Both the position numbers and the translations under genes were made by a program. Below are positions 34,880-38,933 of a stretch of DNA of 38,933 nucleotides, piece by piece. Under the pieces are notes generated by a model. The model was not told the DNA's origin. It did not search any database and saw nothing but the letters and a program-made list of their open reading frames with translations. Each line of letters starts with the position of its first letter. Position 1 is the first letter of the stretch. The DNA is taken from the NCBI RefSeq assembly GCF_001194135.2, contig NC_068982.1, positions 111,709,398-111,748,330 of the forward strand. The letters are read 5' to 3'. The DNA comes from Octopus bimaculoides. Lineage: Eukaryota.

Positions 34880-35080
34880 CTGCGTGGCATCTTGGGCAGG
34901 TGTCTTCTACTATGGCCTGGGGCTGATCAAAGTCTTGTGAGTGGATTTGGTAGATGGAAACTGAAAGAATCCCGTCGTATATATATGTATATATCTATGT
35001 GCATGTGTCTTTGTGTCTGTGTTTGTCCCCCACCACATCACCACTTGACAACCGGTGTTAGTGTGTTTATGTCCCCGTAA
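34325..35080 (+). pseudogene. Chimeric 251-aa open frame: mariner catalytic domain fused to SINE A sequence
   Basis: Frame stays open from the transposase core through APSDYHL into SINE-derived LRGILGRCLLL...; the listed start codon is a non-ATG (TTG). Confidence 0.6.
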
Positions 35081-35220
35081 ATTAGCGGTTTGGGAAAAGA
35101 GACGGATGGTATAAGTACTAGGCTTTAAAAATGTCCTGGGATCGATTTGTTCGACTAAAACCCTTCAAGGCGATGCTATAGCATGGCCGCAGTCAAATGA
35201 CTGAAACAAATAAAAGAAAA
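34880..35220 (+). mobile_element. SINE family A lacking its tRNA head
   Basis: Starts at CTGCGTGGCATCTTGGGC and runs to the GACTGAAACAAATAAAAG tail. Confidence 0.9.
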
Positions 35221-35306
35221 ATATCAGACAATGCTTCGTGTAAACTATACTATAATACACCCCACACATGTTTGTGTGTGTATGTATGTATGTGTGTGCA
35301 CCCACA

Positions 35307-35307
<1 letters not shown>

Positions 35308-35372
<65 letters not shown>

Positions 35373-35408
35373 GCTAGCTATCTATCTTTCTATCTATCTA
35401 TCTATCTA
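35308..35408. repeat. (TATC)n microsatellite
   Basis: Directly visible. Confidence 0.95.
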
Positions 35409-36357
35409 TTATTTTAAGGTTCGTTATAATGAATCTTTTATAATGAATCTGTTGCGTCAACAATTTTTTTACAAATGTAATTTTTTGTTCAAATTTATTT
35501 CTATCACTTATCAACGTACCTTTCTTCAATAAGGAACACTCAGTTTACCAACGCCAAAACTCTTCCGAAAAGTTTTACCCTCCCCATTTATGTTCAACAC
35601 CAAAAAATATTTTCCAATTTATTTGTCTTCTGCTTCACAGTCTTTAGTTATCAGTTTTCGGTTATTGGATCGCACCATGCAGAATAACATTTAAAATTTT
35701 CTTGGGCAGATGCAAATAATTTAGCTATAATCTAAGATTTTCCATTCTATAGAAGTATCTAAGAAAATGCTATTTATAGTATATACCCTGTTAATACGCC
35801 TGTTCAACTCCGACAAAAACTGATTTAGAATGTAAGGTTCAGAATGTAATATTCCCTAAAATGATTCACACATTAGTCCGCGTCTCTAAAACTTGATTAT
35901 ATTTTGGGGAAAAATATTAGTTAAAGATGTGGACGATTCTCTATTTATGTGAAACGTTTAGAATTCATAGTCTAAATCCACAACTATTAGCTGCGATACA
36001 CTCTGTAATTTCTATACTATAAAGTTTGGTAAAATTGTGCAACTTTTGATAAGCGTCCTGACCGTCTCCTCAAGCCACTACTTTTTGTAAGATGACCGGT
36101 TTTGTAAGATGACTATTTCAGCTGCAAGTTTTATGGCACAGTATTATTCTCCTACAAGAACTACTTCCTTCTGTTATTTTCCTCAAAAGTAATGGGAGCC
36201 TCCTCTACTGCTATGAAATTTATCTAACCCATAAAAGGGACCCTGACAGGTACTATGCTCCGGATCAGAATAGTCTTAAGAGTAATGGTAACTAAAGGGT
36301 AGCGCCAAGCGCCCGGCAACTCCAGAACTCCTGAACTGGAGCCACACCAGAAGATAG

Positions 36358-36445
36358 TAAGTGAGTGGCTTAGTGATTAGCGTAATCGGCTCACGATCGT
36401 AAGGTCGTGCATTCGATTCTCAACAGTGGGTTGTGTCCTTGACAC
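36358..36445 (+). mobile_element. SINE family C head fragment
   Basis: TGGCTTAGTGATTAG...CGATCGTAAGGTCGTGCATTCGATTCTC...TTGTGTCCTTGA. Confidence 0.7.
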
Positions 36446-36728
36446 AAATTATATATCTACCCTTCTTCTATATTCAACCCTTATGTTTTATATAAATGTT
36501 ATAATAATCTAACCTGATACCAGTTGTTTGCACAGGCACTCAGCTCTGAATGACCTGCAGAAACCTAATTCCTGTTCTTTTGTGGTGGTGGTGGTGGTGG
36601 GTGGTGGTTGTAAGATGTATATATTTGCACATGGGCAGGCATGTGTCGTATGTGCACGTGTGTGTATGAGTGCGTGTTAAACTTACCAGTTTTTACCACT
36701 GGGTACCTATCCAATGTGTTGTAAATAG

Positions 36729-36798
36729 GATCAGTATTTCGCTGTTACAGGATAACAAAGAAGACACTTATCCTGTTACTGTCTTCTTTGTACTGATC
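36729..36798. repeat. Interleaved inverted repeats (A-B-C-B'-C'-A')
   Basis: GATCAGTA/TACTGATC, ACAGGATAA/TTATCCTGT, ACAAAGAAGACA/TGTCTTCTTTGT. Confidence 0.85.
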
Positions 36799-37209
36799 TC
36801 TAATGGAAAGTTTCTGTATACCAATTAATGTTTGTAGGATTGACTCACGGCAAGCAATTATTGCTGCATTGTGAGCAGATCCCGAATGACAGACGATGAA
36901 AATTTGGTATTTTCACTAAGTTGCAAAACAGCGAATTATATTCTAAACAGAGTTGAAGCAAGTTCGCAACCCCGCATGACTCCATTATTAGTAATGAAAC
37001 TCTCTGAAGTATCATCAAACTGTACAGTGGCTTTCATATCCTAATGAAGGGAAATTTTAGCTTGAACAGGTTGGCGGACATCCCGCTTTAACAGCACGTT
37101 AAAAAGACCCGTTGACTGCATCAAATGCTTTAGCTCGATTCACATATGAAGAGGAAATATGATGCGCAGCTTTACATAACGTTTTCCCTTAAAGTGATGC
37201 AATGAGAAT

Positions 37210-37395
37210 ATCATGCCTTGCGGTATTTCTCCAACTCTTTACTTTCGAGTTCTGAGTTCAAGTTACGCTGGAGTCAACTGTGCTTATCATCTTTTCGGGA
37301 ACGATAAAATAAAGTACTAGACAAGTACTGGGGTCGATGCAATTGGTTAAACCTTTCTCCTCTAAATTGCTGGACTTGTGCCTAAATTATAAGCC
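37210..37395 (+). mobile_element. SINE family B, diverged head
   Basis: GTTCTGAGTTCAAG...GATAAAATAAAGTAC...CTGGGGTCGATG...CTGGACTTGTGCC. Confidence 0.75.
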
Positions 37396-37846
37396 ATTGT
37401 TGCAGTTACGCTTGTCGCCTTTGTGTTTACACACACGCGCTCACGTAACTCTCTCTTTCTCTTTCTCTCTCTCTAATTCACACAGATACATATACACACT
37501 CGTCATTGTGGACTGTAGATTTGAATATTAACTTCTACTCAAATTAGTGCGAATCAATTTCGATCATCAGGTATAACTATTTATTTCTCATACGACATTA
37601 ATGTCTTTGAAAAGACCTGAATATCACAACTTCCACTCCTCTACCTATGACAATTATAGATATCATGTAGTCGTGCTGAAATATTACAACACCCACAGTG
37701 GGCGTGGGTACCTGACAGTGACAGTGAACTGGTCAAAATGTCATACAGTAATATTTAATTACATTGTAGCATGGATTGAAGCTCACGTTTTGCCACATAC
37801 GAATTTCAAATCACAATTCAATCAGGGTTTCATCATCTACGCTTGT

Positions 37847-37950
37847 CCAATCAACGCCTGTTGTTCACGTGATAGTTCTGTAACCCGACTGAAACTTTCT
37901 GTGGGCAAAATCTATAAATACAGTAAAAAAAGGCTCCAATTTCGCAGTGT
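37847..37950 (+). promoter_or_regulatory. Candidate Pol II core promoter
   Basis: CCAAT at 37847-37851, CACGTG at 37866-37871, TATAAATA at 37913-37920 and Inr-like TCGCAGT at 37942-37948, in canonical order and spacing, in sequence I cannot assign to a repeat. Confidence 0.35.
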
Positions 37951-38514
37951 CGAGAAGTCCGAGTCGGTATGACGCTCCCCACTCTTGCCAGTTTTAGAGT
38001 TTCTTCGGTCAAGCTTCGAATTGTACACTCTGTATATCTGTTTTAACGGTTGCATATTCAATCGAGGATATCGAAGAACTAAATATGACACAGTACTTGT
38101 ATATTTGCTTAATATATTAAAACTAGCCCAAGTGTTGAACTTCAAACAAACATTTTCCTTGCATTCATATTATGCTATTTCCACCTTACTGCTTCTATTT
38201 ATTAATTGTAATGCATGAACATCTTTTCATACTAACACAGCACAATAAATTATATTCAATTGCTTGTTCGGCGTTGTGAAATTACAACACGAATTTTTCT
38301 TTTAACTATTCAATAATACAGTCCAGCAACGTTGGCACACAAACACCCCCAGCAATCATTAATGATTTTCAACGCTGGAAATGTCAGTCGACACAAACAA
38401 CAACAGATTCATTGAAAAGTTAAGTCGGTAATTTGGTTTTATATGGGAACAACACGCAGCCTTAACAATATTCAATTACCCATCAAAAACCTTTGTTGCA
38501 GCATCATTTTACAT

Positions 38515-38655
38515 TCTGACATCAAACTCTGTCGGGCTCGATTTCATTTCTCATCCTTCCAGGGTCGGTAAATTGATTAGTTATCAGTCATGAATTGTAG
38601 GACATATAACCGAATATACTCCCAAAATCAATGGACTTGTGCCTATATTAGAAAT
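38515..38655 (+). mobile_element. Highly diverged SINE family B fragment
   Basis: CTCATCCTTCCAGGGTCGGTAAA...GGACTTGTGCCTATATTAGAAA tail. Confidence 0.5.
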
Positions 38656-38933
38656 TTATATTACGATTCTCGTAAGCAAGTTTAGTCGGGCACAAGTTGG
38701 TTCCATAACCAAATATTAATTTACTAGTTTCTGCTGTTAGAGTGTGGTCATGCTTGAATAATTCTTTCAAGAATTTCAGCCAATCATATCACTTATTCCA
38801 ATTCGGATTTTTTTTTATCGAAATCTACCTATTAAATCCTTAAATGAACGTTTTTCGGCACAAAGGGAAACGACTTGAAAGACCGGTTAAAATAAACTTA
38901 GGCGAATACAAATGTACACCCTATATATATATA

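Noticed and set aside
35412-35600. Possible minus-strand mariner 3' end (…LIEERYVDK*)
   Set aside because: Only a few residues resemble the mariner C-terminus, and the end does not match the TIR at 33842.
37601-37972. 123-aa plus-strand ORF
   Set aside because: No recognisable domain; about one ORF of this length is expected by chance by rough estimate, and it overlaps the promoter-like motifs.

Overview
AT-rich, repeat-saturated animal genomic DNA with five N-gaps. The SINE families and microsatellite style are those I associate with octopod cephalopods; this is recognition from memory, not a database result. I cannot support any intact host protein-coding gene, and nearly all listed ORFs are microsatellite or gap artefacts. 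The identifiable content is decayed mobile DNA. DNA transposons: a full-length cecropia-type mariner with both TIRs, a 3'-truncated irritans-type mariner fused in frame to a SINE, and hAT, Tc1 and Chapaev-like scraps. LINEs: Tx1/L1, R4/Dong-type, RTE, CR1/L2 and another LINE 3' end. There are also over 20 copies of at least four tRNA-headed SINE families (labelled A-D here) and a ~3 kb degenerate GTTAAC-core minisatellite. The most unusual observations are a SINE bracketed by 30-bp inverted repeats and an AATATT duplication, a mariner-SINE chimeric ORF keeping DD34D, an unexplained 94-bp inverted pair, a 70-nt interleaved inverted-repeat element, and a candidate CCAAT/E-box/TATA promoter near the right end. 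TE boundaries are approximate unless termini are quoted.
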